Notes: a model not told the origin generated them from the sequence alone. DNA of 62,465 nt from Chiloscyllium plagiosum (GCF_004010195.1 NC_057720.1:18294763-18357227); one strand, 5' to 3'; positions 49,201-61,929 are shown, counted from the stretch's first letter. Made by a program: numbers and translations.

Positions 49201-49924
49201 TTATCCCTTAAGAAAATGAACCCTAGTATGTTTTTATTCAATGCTTTATTCAGTGGTATTGCTGCCTGTGGTGCTTAACGTACCTCCAACCTTAGATGTC
49301 ATGGTTCTTCATCTCATACTCTTATTTTCCAGTGAGTATGTGGTCTGTTTATTCTTTATACCTAAACACACCACCTCATGCTTACCTTTATTGAATGGAA
49401 TATGCCAATCACATGTTTATACAGCCAGTTGTTTATACTGCAGACAATTGCAGATGGTGTAATGTCCATTCTGTCCACAAGAATGACCCTGAGCTTCCTG
49501 TTGCTTGCCACTTCAACACTCTACAATGTTCCCTGGCCAATGTTTCTTGTATCTGATTTGTTGCAGGGCTCCAACAAAGCTCAGCGCAAGCTGGAAGAAT
49601 AGCATCTCATTTTCTATTTGGGGACCTGGCAGCCTTTAGGATTCAATGTCATGTTCAATAATGTTAGGACCTAAGCACCTTCTCCCATTTCCTCACCCAA
49701 CCCCCACACACCAGGCTTTGGCATCACATGGGCTGCTACCACACACCATCCCATTGTCAGCTACTAATGATCCCCATGAGCAGCTATTGATGCTCCCAAG
49801 CTAACCTTTACCCACTTCTTTGTCTGCCCAACCATTGTTTTCTCTCTGGGCTCCATCTGCCCCTATTGTTTACTCTGGTTAATTCTGCTTTCTCTCCACA
49901 GATGCTGCCAGATCTGATAATTTA

Positions 49925-51560
49925 GAGTCATAGGGTCATAGAGATATACAGTATAGGACCCTTCAGTCCAACTTGTCCATGCCGACCAGATATCTTAAAT
50001 TAATCTAGTCCCATTTGCCAGTATTTGGCCCATTTTCCTCTAAACCCTTCCTATTCATATATCCATCCAGATACCTTTTAAATGCTGTAATTGTACCAGC
50101 CTCCACCACTTTCTCTGGCAGCTCATTCCATACATGCACCACCCTCTGCATGAAAATGTTGTCCCTTAGGTCCCTTCTAAATCTTACATCTCTCACCCTA
50201 AACCTATGGCCTGGAGTTCTAGGCTCCCCCAACCAAGGGAAAAGACCTTACCTATTTACCCTATCCATGCCCCTCATGAACTTATAAATCTCTATAAGGT
50301 CACCCCTCAGCCTCCGATGCTCCAGGGAAAATAGCCTATAGTTCCTACCTCCCAACCCTGGCAACATCCTCGTAAATCTTTTCTGGACCATTTCCTTTCG
50401 ATCCTTTCGATAGGAGGGAGATACACAATATTCCAAAAGTGGACTAACCAATGTCCTGTACAGCTGCAACATGACTCTGCAACTCCTATACTCAGTGCTC
50501 TGACCAATAAAGGAAAGCAAATAAAAACTTCTTCACGATCCTATCTAACTGTGACTCCACTTTCAATGAACTATGAACCTGCACTCCAAGGTCTCTTTGT
50601 TGAGCAACACTCCCCAGGACCTAACCATTAAGTGTATAAGTCCTGCCCTAATTTGCCTTTCCAAAATGCAGCATCTCACATTGAAATAAATTAAACTCTA
50701 TCTGCCACTCCTTGACTCATTGGCTGATTTGATGATGACCCTGTTGTACTCTGAGGTAACCTTCGTCGCTGTCCACTACACCTCCAATTTTGGTGTCATC
50801 TGCAAACTTACTAACTATACCTCCTATGTTCACATCCAAATCATTTATTAAAATGATGAAAAGCAGTGGACCCAGCACCGATCCTTGTGGCACACCGCTG
50901 GTTACAGGACTCCAGTCTGAAAAACAACCCTCCACAACCAGCCTCTGTCTTCTACCTTTGAGCCAGTTCTGTATCCAAATGGCTAGTTCTCCCTGTATTC
51001 CATGAGATCTAATCGTTGCTAACCAGGCTACTATGGAGAACCTTGTACAAGACCTAACTTAAGTCCATGTAGATCATGTCTACAGCTCTGCCCTCATCAA
51101 TCCTCTTCATTACTTCTTCAAAAAACCCAATCAAGTTTGTGAGACATGATTTCCCATGCACAAAGCCATGTTGACTATCCCTTATCAATTCTTGCCTATC
51201 CAAATACGTAAATCCTGTCCCTCAGGATCCCCTCCAACAACTTGCCCACCAGGCTCACTGGTCTGTAGTTCCCTGGCTTTTCCTTACCAACTTTTCTAAA
51301 TAGTGGCACCATGTTAGCCAATCTCCTGTCTTATGGCACCTTATGGCCCAGAAATCACTTTTTTCCCTAGCTTCCCACAGAATTCTAGGGTACATCTGAT
51401 CAGTTCATGGGGATTGTTTCACCTGTATGTGTTTTAAATATCAAGCAGCTCCTCCACTGAAATCTGGACATTTTTCAAGATGTCGCCATCTATTTCTACA
51501 CATTCTGAATCTTCCATGTCTCTCTCCACAGTAAACACTTATGTAAAATGCTGATTTAGT
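49925..51560 (-). mobile_element. CR1/HER1-like LINE ORF2 3' part
   Basis: [45 protein letters not shown]; tail 'agagtcatagggtcatagagat'. Confidence 0.9.
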
Positions 51561-51834
51561 AAAAAGACTTCTTCCAGTAATTTCTGTTTCTGATCTCCAA
51601 CATCCACGTTCTTAAAAAGAAATCGAAAGAACTGCAGATGTTGTAAATCAGAAACAAAAACAGAGTTTGCTGGAAAAGCACAGCAGGTCTGGCAGCATCT
51701 GTGAAGAGAGAATAGTTCATGTACAGTGACCCTCCCTTAGAATGGATAGTAGTTAGGAAAATGTTGGTTTATATGCAGAAGATAAGGCGGGGGGAGGGGA
51801 GGGGTGTTAGGTAGGGATCTAGCCCAAAGAGACA

Positions 51835-52738
51835 GAACCAGGAGCAGGAGTAGGCCATCTGGCCCTTCAAGTCCTCTCTGACATTCAATTAAATAATGGC
51901 TGATCTTTTCGTGGCCTCAGCTCCACTTATCCACCCTCTTATCATAACCCTTAATTCCTTTACCGTTCAAAAAATATCTATCTTAGCTTTAAAAATTTTC
52001 CTGAGGAAGCCTCAACTACTTCACTGGGCAGAGAATTCCACAGATTCCACAGTTCCTTCTCAATTCAATCCTAAGTCTGTTCCCCCTAAGTTTGAGGCCA
52101 GCCCTCGACCTAGTTTCGACCACCAGTTGAAATGTCCTCACTACTTCTATCCTGTCTATTCCCTTCATAATTTTTATATGTTCCTGTGAAATCCCCCTCT
52201 CCATTCTTCTAAATACCAAAGAATATTATTCACAGTCTACTCAATCTCTCCTCATAAGCCAACTCCCTCAACTCCAGAATCAACCCAGTGAACCTCCTCT
52301 GTACCCCGTCGAGTGCCAGTACATCCCTTTCTCAAGTAAGGAGACCAAAACTATGTGCAGTACTCCAGGTGTCGCCTAACCAGCACCCAAAAGCTGCAAC
52401 ATAACCTCCCTATTTTTAAACTCAATCCCTTATGAAGGACAAAATTCCATTTGCCTTCTTAATTACCTGCTGCACCTGCAAATCAACCTTCTATGATTCA
52501 TGCACAAGGATACCCAGGTCCCTCTGCACAGCAGCATGTTGCAATATTTTTACCATCCAACTTTTTACTATTATCCCTTCCAAAAGGATGAGTTCACATT
52601 TATTAATGTTGTACTCCATCTGCCAGACCTTTGCCCACTCATCTATGGTTCTCTGCAAAGTTTCACAGTGCGCTGCATACTTTGCTCTACCACTCATCTT
52701 AGTGTCATCCACAAACTTTGACACACTACACGTGGTCC
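51835..52738 (-). mobile_element. CR1 ORF2 3' half
   Basis: ORF 52491-52757(-) VSKFVDDTKMSG..WAKVWQMEYNINKCE. Confidence 0.8.
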
Positions 52739-52742
52739 CCCA

Positions 52743-53005
52743 AAACACTAATGTCATTTACAAAATACCTTGCAAGAGCTGTAACAACACTACTTTGGAC
52801 AAACAGACAAAAACTAGCCACCAAGATACATGAACATCAACTAGCCACAAAAAGACATGACCCTCCCTCACTAGTATCTTTACATACAGATGAGAAAAGG
52901 CACCACTTCAACTGGGACAACACATCCATCCAAGGACAAGCCAAACAGAGACACACACAAGAATTCCTAGAAGCAAGGCATTCCAACTGGAAATCAGTCA
53001 AACAC
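52743..53005 (+). mobile_element. Poseidon-type PLE GIY-YIG fragment
   Basis: TNVIYKIPCKSC..KLATKIHEHQLATKRHD..HHFNWDN..EFLEARHS. Confidence 0.85.
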
Positions 53006-53569
53006 CACTAGCCACTAGCCAATCAGAAAAGCCACTCTTTGCTTCCTGAACAGTTGGACAAACAAAGGAGTTGATAAGTTTAGCTGGGAGGGTGAATCAC
53101 TGTTAATGGAGACTGTTAGTGGCTAACAATAGGTAGTACGTAATGGCAGACTATGTGATAATAAGGAGATAGTGAGCACTGCAGATGGTGGAAAGTCACA
53201 GTCAAAACATGTTTTACTGGGAAAGCTGAAACATTGACTTTCCTACTCTATGGATGCTGTCTGACCTGCTGTGCTCTTCCAGCGCCACACTTTTCGACTA
53301 TGTGATAACAAGGGCCTGGTACTCCCCCTGTCCTAGCCTCCTATCACATGCACCAGGCCTTGTTATCACATAGGAGAAAGTTAGGACTGCAGATGCTGGA
53401 GATTAGAGTCGAGAGTGTGGTGCTGGAAAAGCACAGCTGGTCAGGCAGCACCTGAGGAGGAGGAGAATCGATGTTTCGGGCAAGAGCACTTCATCAGGGT
53501 GAAGGGCTCTTGCCCGGAAACGTCAATTCTCCTGCTCCTCAGATGCTGTCTGACCTCTTGTTATCACAT

Positions 53570-54198
53570 AGAGTCATAGAGATGTACAGCATGGAAACAG
53601 ATCTTTAGGTCCAATACGTCCATGCCAACCAGATATCCCAACCCAATCTAGTCCCACCTGCCAGCACCCAGCCCATATCCCTCCAAACTCTTCCAATTCA
53701 TATACCCATCCAAATGCCTCTTAAATGTTGCAATTGTACCAACCTCCATTGCACGCAATATTCCAACAGTGGCCTAACCAATGTCCTGTACAGCCGCAAC
53801 ATGACCTCCCAACTCCTGTAATCAATACTCTGACAAATATAGGAAAGCATACCAAACGCCTTCTTTACTATCCTATCTACCTGCGACTCAACTTTCAGGG
53901 AGCTATGAACTTGCACTCCAAGGTCTCTTTGTTCAGCAACACTCCCTCGGACCTTACCATTAAGTGTATAAGTCCTGCTAAGATTTGCTTTCCCAAAATG
54001 GAGCACCTCGCATTCATCTGAATTAAACTCCATCTGCCACTTCTCAGCTCCTTGGCCCATCTGGTAAAGATCCTGTTGTAATCTGAGGTAACCCTCTTCG
54101 CTGTCCACTACACCTCCAATTTTGGTGTCATCTACAAACTTACTAACTGTACCTCTTATGCTTGCATCCAAATCATTTATGTAAATGACAAAAAGTAG
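53570..54198 (-). mobile_element. CR1/HER1-like LINE 3' part with an internal deletion
   Basis: ORF 53698-54171(-) nearly identical to 494-1108(-) but jumps from LEYCVQ straight to the 3' end at about 53747. Confidence 0.9.
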
Positions 54199-54685
54199 TC
54201 GGCCATTACATACTACCTATTGTTTGCCACTAACAGTCTCCAATAACAGCTATTCACTCTCCCAGCCAGATTCTTTGTCTGTTCCCATCACTTTGGGCTC
54301 TATCCTACCTATCATTTACTCCTTACCCCCTCCCTAAACCTATTTTATGCATATAAACCAACATTTTCCTAGCTATCATCAGTTCTGAGTTGAAAAGTGT
54401 GACACTGAAAAGCACAGCAGGTCAGGCAGCATCTGAGGAGCAGGAGAATGATGTTTCTGGCAAAAGCCCTTCATCAGGAATGTGGGGTGCCTGAGAGATA
54501 AATGGGAGGGTGGGGCTGGGGAAGGTAGCTGCAAAGATGACAGGTAGATGGAGGTGGGGGGTGATGGTGATACGTTGGAGGGGAGGGTTCATCTGTACTG
54601 AGGAAAGGTCACCAGACCTGAAACGTTAACTTTGATTTCTCTGCACAGATGCTGCCAGACCTGCTGAGCCTTTCCAGCAACTTCT

Positions 54686-55777
54686 CACGTCTGTCGTCTT
54701 CAAGGTGTTAGAAAGGATTCTGAGGGATATGATTTATGACCATCTGGAAGAGCATGGCTTGATTAAATGCAGTCAACACGGCTTTGTGAGGGGCAGGTCA
54801 TGCCTCACAAACCTTATCGAGTTCTTTGAGGATGTGACTAGAAAAGTTGATGAGGGACGAGCTGTGGATGTGGTGTATATGGACTTCAGCAAGGCATTTG
54901 ATAAGGTTCCCCATGGTAGGCTCATTCAGAAGGTCAGGAGAAATGGGATTCAGGGGAACTTAGCTGTCTGGATACAGAATTGGCTGGCCAACAGAAGACA
55001 GCGAATGGTAGTAGAAGGAAAATATTCTGCCTGGAAGTCAGTGGCGAGTGGTGTTCCACAGGGCTCTGTCCTTGGGCCTCTACTCTTTGTAATNNNNNNN
55101 NNNNNNNNNNNNNNNNNNNNNNNNNNNNNNNNNNNNNNNNNNNNNNNNNNNNNNNNNNNNNNNNNNNNNNNNNNNNNNNNNNNNNNNNNNNNNNNNNNNN
55201 NNNNNNNNNNNNNNNNNNNNNNNNNNNNNNNNNNNNNNNNNNNNNNNNNNNNNNNNNNNNNNNNNNNNNNNNNNNNNNNNNNNNNNNNNNNNNNNNNNNN
55301 NNNNNNNNNNNNNNNNNNNNGGGTTCAGTGGAGGTTTACCAGGATGCTGCCTGGACTGGAGAGCTTATCTTATGAAGAGAGGTTGACTGAACTCGGACTT
55401 TTTTCATTGGAGAAAAGGAGGAGAAGAGGGGACCTAATTGAGGTATACAAGGTAATGAGAGGCATAGATAGAGTCGATAGCCAGAGACTATTTCCCAGGG
55501 CAGAAATGACTAACACGAGGGGTCATAGTTTTAAGCTGGTTGGAGGAAAGTATAGAGGGGATGTCAGAGGTGGGTTCTTTACACAGAGAGTTGTGAGAGC
55601 ATGGAATGCGTTGCCAGCAGCAGTTGTGGAGGCAGGTCATTGGGGACATTTAAGAGACTCCTCAACATACATATGGTCACAGAAATTTGAGGGTGCGTAC
55701 ATGAGAATCAGTGGTCGGCACAACATCGTGGGCTGAAGGGCCTGATCTGTGCTGTACTGTTCTATGATCTATGTTCT
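54686..55777 (+). mobile_element. Young 5'-truncated CR1 LINE (spans the N gap)
   Basis: Open RT frame [63 protein letters not shown]; tail (ttctatg)n. Confidence 0.92.
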
Positions 55778-55949
55778 GTTTTTGGATCTGCAGTTCTTTG
55801 CTTTTCTAATGAATGTAATTTGTGTATCTTCCTTAGTATTCAGTACACGTCCAATTTAGCATCATGTTCAGGTGTCGAAGAAGAGCCTCTTTCCATTAAG
55901 TTCCAGTTAAAATAGTGACTTGGCATTGAGCAGGTTAGTGGTCCTCCCG

Positions 55950-55966
55950 TTGGACAGGGGGCGCTG
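55950..55966 (+). promoter_or_regulatory. CTCF-like motif upstream of rpl5
   Basis: 'tggacagggggcgctg' resembles the CTCF core CAG(G/A)GGGCGC. Confidence 0.4.
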
Positions 55967-56041
55967 CGGCCCGAGCGGATCAGAGTTGAAGGAGGAGGAA
56001 GGAACGATCTTACCACAAATTCACAACAATTTTCTACCTAC

Positions 56042-56053
56042 TGCACATGCGCA
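56042..56053. promoter_or_regulatory. NRF1-like site
   Basis: TGCACATGCGCA, one mismatch from TGCGCATGCGCA, just upstream of the TOP start. Confidence 0.5.
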
Positions 56054-56061
56054 GAATGAGT

Positions 56062-56071
56062 GGCCTTTTCC
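56062..56071 (+). promoter_or_regulatory. RPL5: rpl5 TCT/5'TOP transcription start
   Basis: 'ggccttttcc' pyrimidine initiator typical of ribosomal-protein genes, about 80 nt before the ATG, in a CpG-rich patch. Confidence 0.75.
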
Positions 56072-56142
56072 AGTTTGGCGGAATCGGCCTGCCCCAGAAA
56101 ATCGCCTGAGTCCCGGGCGGTTGAGGGTGAAGACGCTTGAAA

Positions 56143-56145
56143 ATG
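56143..56145 (+). CDS. RPL5: rpl5 exon 1 coding part (ATG only)
   Basis: aaaATG|gttggt donor; vertebrate RPL5 exon 1 ends at the ATG, and exon 2 here starts in phase 0 with GGA (Gly2). Confidence 0.75.
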
Positions 56146-56804
56146 GTTGGTAGTTCCCCGAAATAAACATCGATTCTGGTAGTTAACAGCTGCGTGGATC
56201 ACACGGATCCTTCAGAAAGCGAGGAGTATTGTGTGTTGCGAAGGATGGTGTTAGATTGTTGGCAGCTTCAGCCGCTGGTTCACTTCTCAACGTGGCCATT
56301 GGGCTTGAGGCTGAGAAACCGATCCCGGGGCAAGATGTGAAAGCAATCGCGAATAACACAGCTTTCTGGGCTAAATTAGTGTGTTTTGAATTTGTAAAAT
56401 ATCGCATTTTACCCTTTTTCGATAACTGCACACTGGCTTAAATCGTTTTTTTGTGTAATAGCTGCTCATTCTGCAAAATGGTTGTAGTGAACTTGGGCCT
56501 CCTTGGGCAAAAAACGTCATCTGATTTGTCGTTTAGTCCCGAAGTTTTAAGCATTTTAAGTCCTTTAGGTTTTGTCATTTAAAAATAAAATGTGGGCCGC
56601 ACTTTGGAGACCTCCCTTAACCTTTATGGACATGATACAGTATATAGTTTTAAAAATACCAAATTGGATGTCCTGAAGATTATTTAAAGTTAAATTATTT
56701 ATAAATGTAAAATCAGAGAGTTTAATATTTAAAGATACTCGGAAATAGACAGTTCTTTCATTTCAACTTTGATTAAGTTAGTCTAGTATAATGGCCTCAA
56801 GTTA

Positions 56805-57085
56805 CTTAGAACATAGAACAGTACAGGCCCTTCGGCCCTTGATGTTGTGCCAACCTTTTATCCTACTCTAAGATCAAACTAACCTACATACCCCTCATTT
56901 TACTATCTTCCACGTGCCTATCCAAGAGTCACTTAAATGTCCCTAATATATCTAACTCTACTACCATCGCAGGCAGTGCATTCCACGCGCTCACCACTCT
57001 ATGAAGAACTGACTTCTGATGTCTCCCTTAAACCTTCCAATCACCTTTTGATCGTCCTGTGGAAAATACTCTGACTATTCACTGC
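56805..57085 (-). mobile_element. CR1 3' tail in rpl5 intron 1
   Basis: 'agaacatagaacagtacaggcccttcggccc' tail, reverse-complemented. Confidence 0.75.
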
Positions 57086-57629
57086 TTAAGTCATGAGGGC
57101 TTGAAATTGTGAACATGAAAGACATGGAGTAATTTAAATTTAAAATATAAGTGGTATTTTAGTGTTGGTACATTTGCTTTATTCATTCTGGAATGTGAGC
57201 ATAGCCCATCTGCAAGTGGCTTGGTATGAGTTGATGACTTGAATAACATAGACCATAATGGGTAAGGATAGTAGCTTTTCTTCCCTCGAGGGCAACAGTG
57301 AACTAGTTGGGCTTTTACAGTTCAGTTGCTTTGGGTTCACTTGCAAATTACTGTGGTGACTTTGTAAGTTAATTCTTTGAACATTATCAAGGCTTCTGGA
57401 TTCCTCATGCAGCAACATAAACATTACATTAGTGCAACTCTTTAACAAATACGTTTCCGATATGTGCTGGGAAAATACAGGAATGGAAATATCTTGAACC
57501 CAATCTGTGTTTTGCTTTCAGTGAAAAGTGTTTTGATTGTGACCTAAAATTTCATTTCCCTGCAATTTGAGTAGTTTACATTTCGAAGCACAGGTGAGAG
57601 TGGGACAATTGAACTTTGACTGCACTTTG

Positions 57630-57935
57630 GGCGGCACGGTGGCACAGTGGTTAGCACTGCTGCCTCACAGCGCCAGAGACCCGGGTTCAATTCCTGCCTC
57701 AGGCAGCTGACTGTGTGGAGTTTGCACGTTCTCCCTGTGTCTGCGCGGGTTTCCTCCGGGTGCTCCGGTTTCCTCCCACATTCCAAAGATGTGCAGGCCA
57801 GGTGAATTGGCCGTGCTAAATTGTCCGTAGTGTTAGGTAAGGGGTAAATGTAGGGGTATGGGTGGGTTGCGCTTCGGCGGGTCGGTGTGGACTTGTTGGG
57901 CCAAAGGGCCTGTTTCCACTTTGTAATGTAATCCT
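57630..57935 (+). mobile_element. HE1-like V-SINE in rpl5 intron 1
   Basis: Full head, V-domain and tail as in the other copies. Confidence 0.95.
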
Positions 57936-58284
57936 CTAAGATTAAAAAAAAAGTTTAAACGTCTGACTTAAAAAGCTCTGTGTTTGGAAGGCTGTGTGCA
58001 CAAAAATGAATTTCAGAAGTGCCCAAGATAAATTGACTGAAGGTCTTAGCAAAATACTGTGCTCTGAAATTTAAAAAGAGAAATCTCGGCATACCTGGCT
58101 GCATTTGTTAATGAGAAGCAAGAGATTGGATTTATATTTGTGAGTTCAGTATGACTCTTTGGAGGACGGGAAGTGGTACTAGGTTCTTTCAGGGAGCTGG
58201 CAGATGTGATTGGTCAAATGGTCTCCTGTTGCTGTAGCTATCCTGCATTTTGAGTTGAAGTTTATATTTTACCTCTCATTATGT

Positions 58285-58940
58285 TGAGGTTGTGCAGGAT
58301 GTTGTTGGTGAGGCTTCTTTTGGAGTACTTTGTGCAGTTCTAGTCACCCCGTTATAGGAAGGATATTATTAAACTGGAGAAGGTTCAGAAAAGATTTACC
58401 AGGATGTTGCTGGGAATGGAGGGTTTGAGATATAAAAATAGATTGAAGACTGAAACTTTTTTCACTGGAGTTTAGGGGTTTGAGGTTTATAAAATCATGA
58501 TGGGCATAGATAAGGTGAATGAATAAGGCCTTCCTGATGAAGGGTATATGCCCTAAATGTCAATTCTCATGCTTCTTGGATGCTGCCTGACCATCTGTGC
58601 TTTTCCAGCACCACACTGTTTGACTCTGGTCTCCAGCAGTACTCGCTTTCCCCCATACAAAAGGTGAATGTCAAGGGTCTTTTCTCTAGGGTGAGGGAGT
58701 TTAAAACTAAGGGACACGTTTTTAAGTGAAAGGAGAAAGATTTAAAAAGGATATGAGGAGCAACTTTTCTTTTATGCACAGTTGTCAGTGTGTGAACTGG
58801 CAGAGAAAGTGGTGGATTGCAGGTACAATTCCAATGTTTAGAAGACATCTGGATAATTCATGAATAGGGAAGATTTGGAGGGGATGAGTTTTGTCCGGAA
58901 ACTGGTTGGCATGGACTGTTTGGACTGAAAGAGCTGTGCT
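58285..58940 (+). mobile_element. CR1 3' part with a nested PLE tail (about 58520-58655)
   Basis: 'ggagtactttgtgcagttctagtcacc...aaagatttaccaggatgttgc'; duplicated 'aaggtgaatg' around the PLE tail. Confidence 0.75.
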
Positions 58941-59374
58941 TTCAGATTGACGCATATTAAGTGTTTCCTGCAAAGGTCAATTTTCTCTTAATGAGTGCAA
59001 ATGAAGACAATAATTTTTATTTCTTTGCAAATAAAGCTGATCAAAGCTGAGGATTTGAATATTGGAAACCTGCAGAATTATCAAAGTTAAACACGAAGGG
59101 ATCATTATCAGTTTTTGCAACAAAGCTATCCTCTTGAAGCTGAAAACCCAGGCAGGCAAAAACATATTTAACCACATCTTTTGGCCTGATTTATTGCCAT
59201 CTTTAACAACCAGTCTCTGCAGTTTTGGATCTTAAGTCTTTAGTGCTTAGTTCATTACTTCTACTCCAATCTGTTGAGAATTGGATATTGAATGCAGAGA
59301 TTTTGCTTTCAACTGGTGTCATTAGTTTCTAGCTGTCATTTCCAAACAACTTCCAGTTGACCATACTGTTCATT

Positions 59375-59582
59375 TCTGAAAATGTGTTGCTGGAAAAGCG
59401 CAGCAGGTCAGGCAGCATCCAGGGAACAGGAGAATTGACGTTTCGGGCATAAGCCCTTCTTCAGTGAAGGGCTTGTGCCCGAAACGTCGATTCTCCTGTT
59501 CCCTGGATGCTGCCTGACCTGCGCTTTTCCAGCAACACATTTTCAGCTCTGATCTCCAGCATCTGCAGACCTCACTTTCTCC
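59375..59582. mobile_element. Palindromic PLE-tail insertion in rpl5 intron 1
   Basis: Inverted arms of about 80 bp (59376-59459 / 59466-59546); 14-bp TSD ccatactgttcatt (59361-59374 / 59583-59596). Confidence 0.92.
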
Positions 59583-59795
59583 CCATACTGTTCATTATTC
59601 AGCTATCGTATGAGAGTAGAGTGACTTGCTATTTCACAGTATGGCATTTTTGTGGCAGTTAGATAGATGAAGTGGGCATAAGTGCACTTTCATAGAAACT
59701 TTCCCTTATCTGATTTCCAAAGCAGACTGAGCAGCAATCTAATGGCTTGATGCAAAAGGTAATGAATATGGATGAGATGGACTTGATCTACCTAA

Positions 59796-60827
59796 GGTAA
59801 AAACAATGACTGCAGATGCAGGAAACCAGATTCTGGATCAATGGTGCCGGAAGAGCACAGCAGTTCAGGTAGCATCCGAGGAGCTTCAGCAAAATCGACG
59901 TTTCGGGCAAAAGCCCCTCATCAGGAATAAAGGCAGAGAGCCTGTAGCGTGGAGAGATAAGCTAGAGGAGGGTGGGGGTGGGGAGAGAGTAGCATAGAGT
60001 ACAATAGGTCAGTGGGGGAGGAGATGAAGGTGATAGGTCAGGGAGGAGAGGGTGGAGTGGATAGGTGGAAAAGGAGCTGGGCAGGTCGGACAAGTCCAGA
60101 CAAGACAAGAGCTGGAGATTTGAAACTAGGATGAGGTGGGGGAATGGGAAATGAGAAGGCTGTTGAAGTCCACATTGATGCCCTGGGGTTGAAGTGTTCC
60201 GAGGAGGAAGATGAGGCGTTCTTCCTCCATGCGTCTGGTGGTGAGGGAGCGGCGGTGGAGGAGGCCCAGCACATCCATTTCCTCGGCAGAGTGGGAGGGG
60301 GAGTTGAAATGTTGGGCCACGGGGCGGTTTGGGGTGATTGGTGCGGATGTCTCGGAGGTGTTCCCTAAAGCGCTCTGCTAGGAGGCGCCCAGTCTCCCCG
60401 ATGTAGAGGAGACTGCATCGGGAGCAACGGATACAATAGATGATATTAGTGGATGTGCAGGTAAAATTTTGATGGATATGGAAGGCTCCTTTAGGGCCTT
60501 GGATAGAGGTGAGGGAGGAGGTGTGGGCACAGGTTTTACAGTTCCTGCGGTGGCAGGGGAAAGTGCCAGGATGGGAGGGTGGGTCGTAGGGGGGCGTGGA
60601 CCTGACCAGGTAGTCACGGAGGGAATGGTCTTTGCGGAAGGCGGAAAGGGGTGGGGAAGGAAATATATCCCTGGTGGTGAGGTCTTTTTGGAGATGGCGG
60701 AAATGTCGGCAGATGGTTTGGTTTATGCGAAGGTTTGTAGGGTGGAAGGTGAGCACCAGGGGCGTTCTGTCCTTGTTATGGTTGGAGGGGTGGGGTCTGA
60801 GGGCGGAGGTGCGGGATGTGGACGAGA
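59796..60827 (-). mobile_element. 5'-truncated young Penelope-like element (GIY-YIG endonuclease) in rpl5 intron 1
   Basis: ORF 59962-60756(-) CHRRNCKTC..NIIYCIRCSRCSLLYIGETGRLLAERFREH; 12-bp TSD tgatctacctaa (59784-59795 / 60828-60839). Confidence 0.93.
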
Positions 60828-61089
60828 TGATCTACCTAAACCTACAGCAAATTGTCTTTGAACAGTTGTTGCTGTGGCACAAAAAAAACTTCAATTTTAA
60901 TTAGTGGTGATAAACATTGTATTGTTTGTAGAATTCTGATAAGTAAAATTATTATTGGTATCAGAATGACTGTGTACATAAAACTGCTAGGATCTGTGAC
61001 AGATTGGTAAATATATAGATATTTGGAAATCTTTACCTTGCGCATTAAGTTCTTACAATGCTAACATTTTTTTTCTCTTCCAAACATAG

Positions 61090-61236
<147 letters not shown>

Positions 61237-61262
61237 TAAAATGTACTCTCTTCCATTTTCAG

Positions 61263-61378
61263 AGGGAAAGACTGATTACTATGCACGAAAACGCTTGGTG
61301 GTACAGGATAAAAACAAGTACAATACCCCAAAATATCGGATGATTGTACGATTCACCAACCGGGACATCATATGCCAG
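61263..61378 (+). CDS. RPL5: rpl5 exon 3
   Basis: ttttcag| (E)[38 protein letters not shown] |gtaaga, 116 nt. Confidence 0.98.
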
Positions 61379-61545
61379 GTAAGAGACTTGTATTAATGAG
61401 CTGTTTTAGTGTTAAATGGGGTCTACGATATGAAAGCAATCACATTAATGGTCACTTCTTAAATTTTGATTTTTGAATTTTTATATGTCAAACTCTGTTC
61501 TCCCATAGTAATGCATATGATGTTGATGGGCTTCTTACCTTACAG

Positions 61546-61680
61546 ATTGCGTATGCCAAAATTGAGGGTGATATCATTGTTTGTGCTGCCTATGGCCATG
61601 AATTACCCAAATACGGCATAAAAGTTGGGCTCACCAACTATGCTGCATCCTATTGCACTGGTCTGCTGCTTGCCCGCAGG
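61546..61680 (+). CDS. RPL5: rpl5 exon 4 (gene continues beyond the window)
   Basis: ttacag| [45 protein letters not shown] |gtaagt, 135 nt. Confidence 0.98.
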
Positions 61681-61929
61681 GTAAGTTCTAGGTTAGCACT
61701 CGTACGATTTTAAGGCTCTTGCTTTCTTAGAAGTATTTTTGAGATGGTCTGAACTTTTTAGGTAATTTCCTTATTTAAGGTCTTTTATTGGAGGGATGTA
61801 GAACTTTTAATGGCTGTTAACCATATCATTTTAATGTGGTGAAACATGCAGGTGATCTTGTCTTAAATAATATTGCAAGCATGAGATTTTGGGTATACAA
61901 TTGTACAATGACCTTTGCATATTCCATTT

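Larger units (their letters stand above)
51625..55800. mobile_element. Old palindromic PLE-tail element expanded by multiple nested insertions
   Basis: Left arm 51625-51830 plus 53048-53320 is the reverse complement of 53350-53373 plus 54198-54388 plus 54600-54685 plus 55778-55800. Confidence 0.7.

Noticed and set aside
61379..61545. Box C/D snoRNA (SNORD21) in rpl5 intron 3
   Set aside because: Only 'gcatatgatg' resembles it; no paired C box and terminal CTGA D box with a stem.
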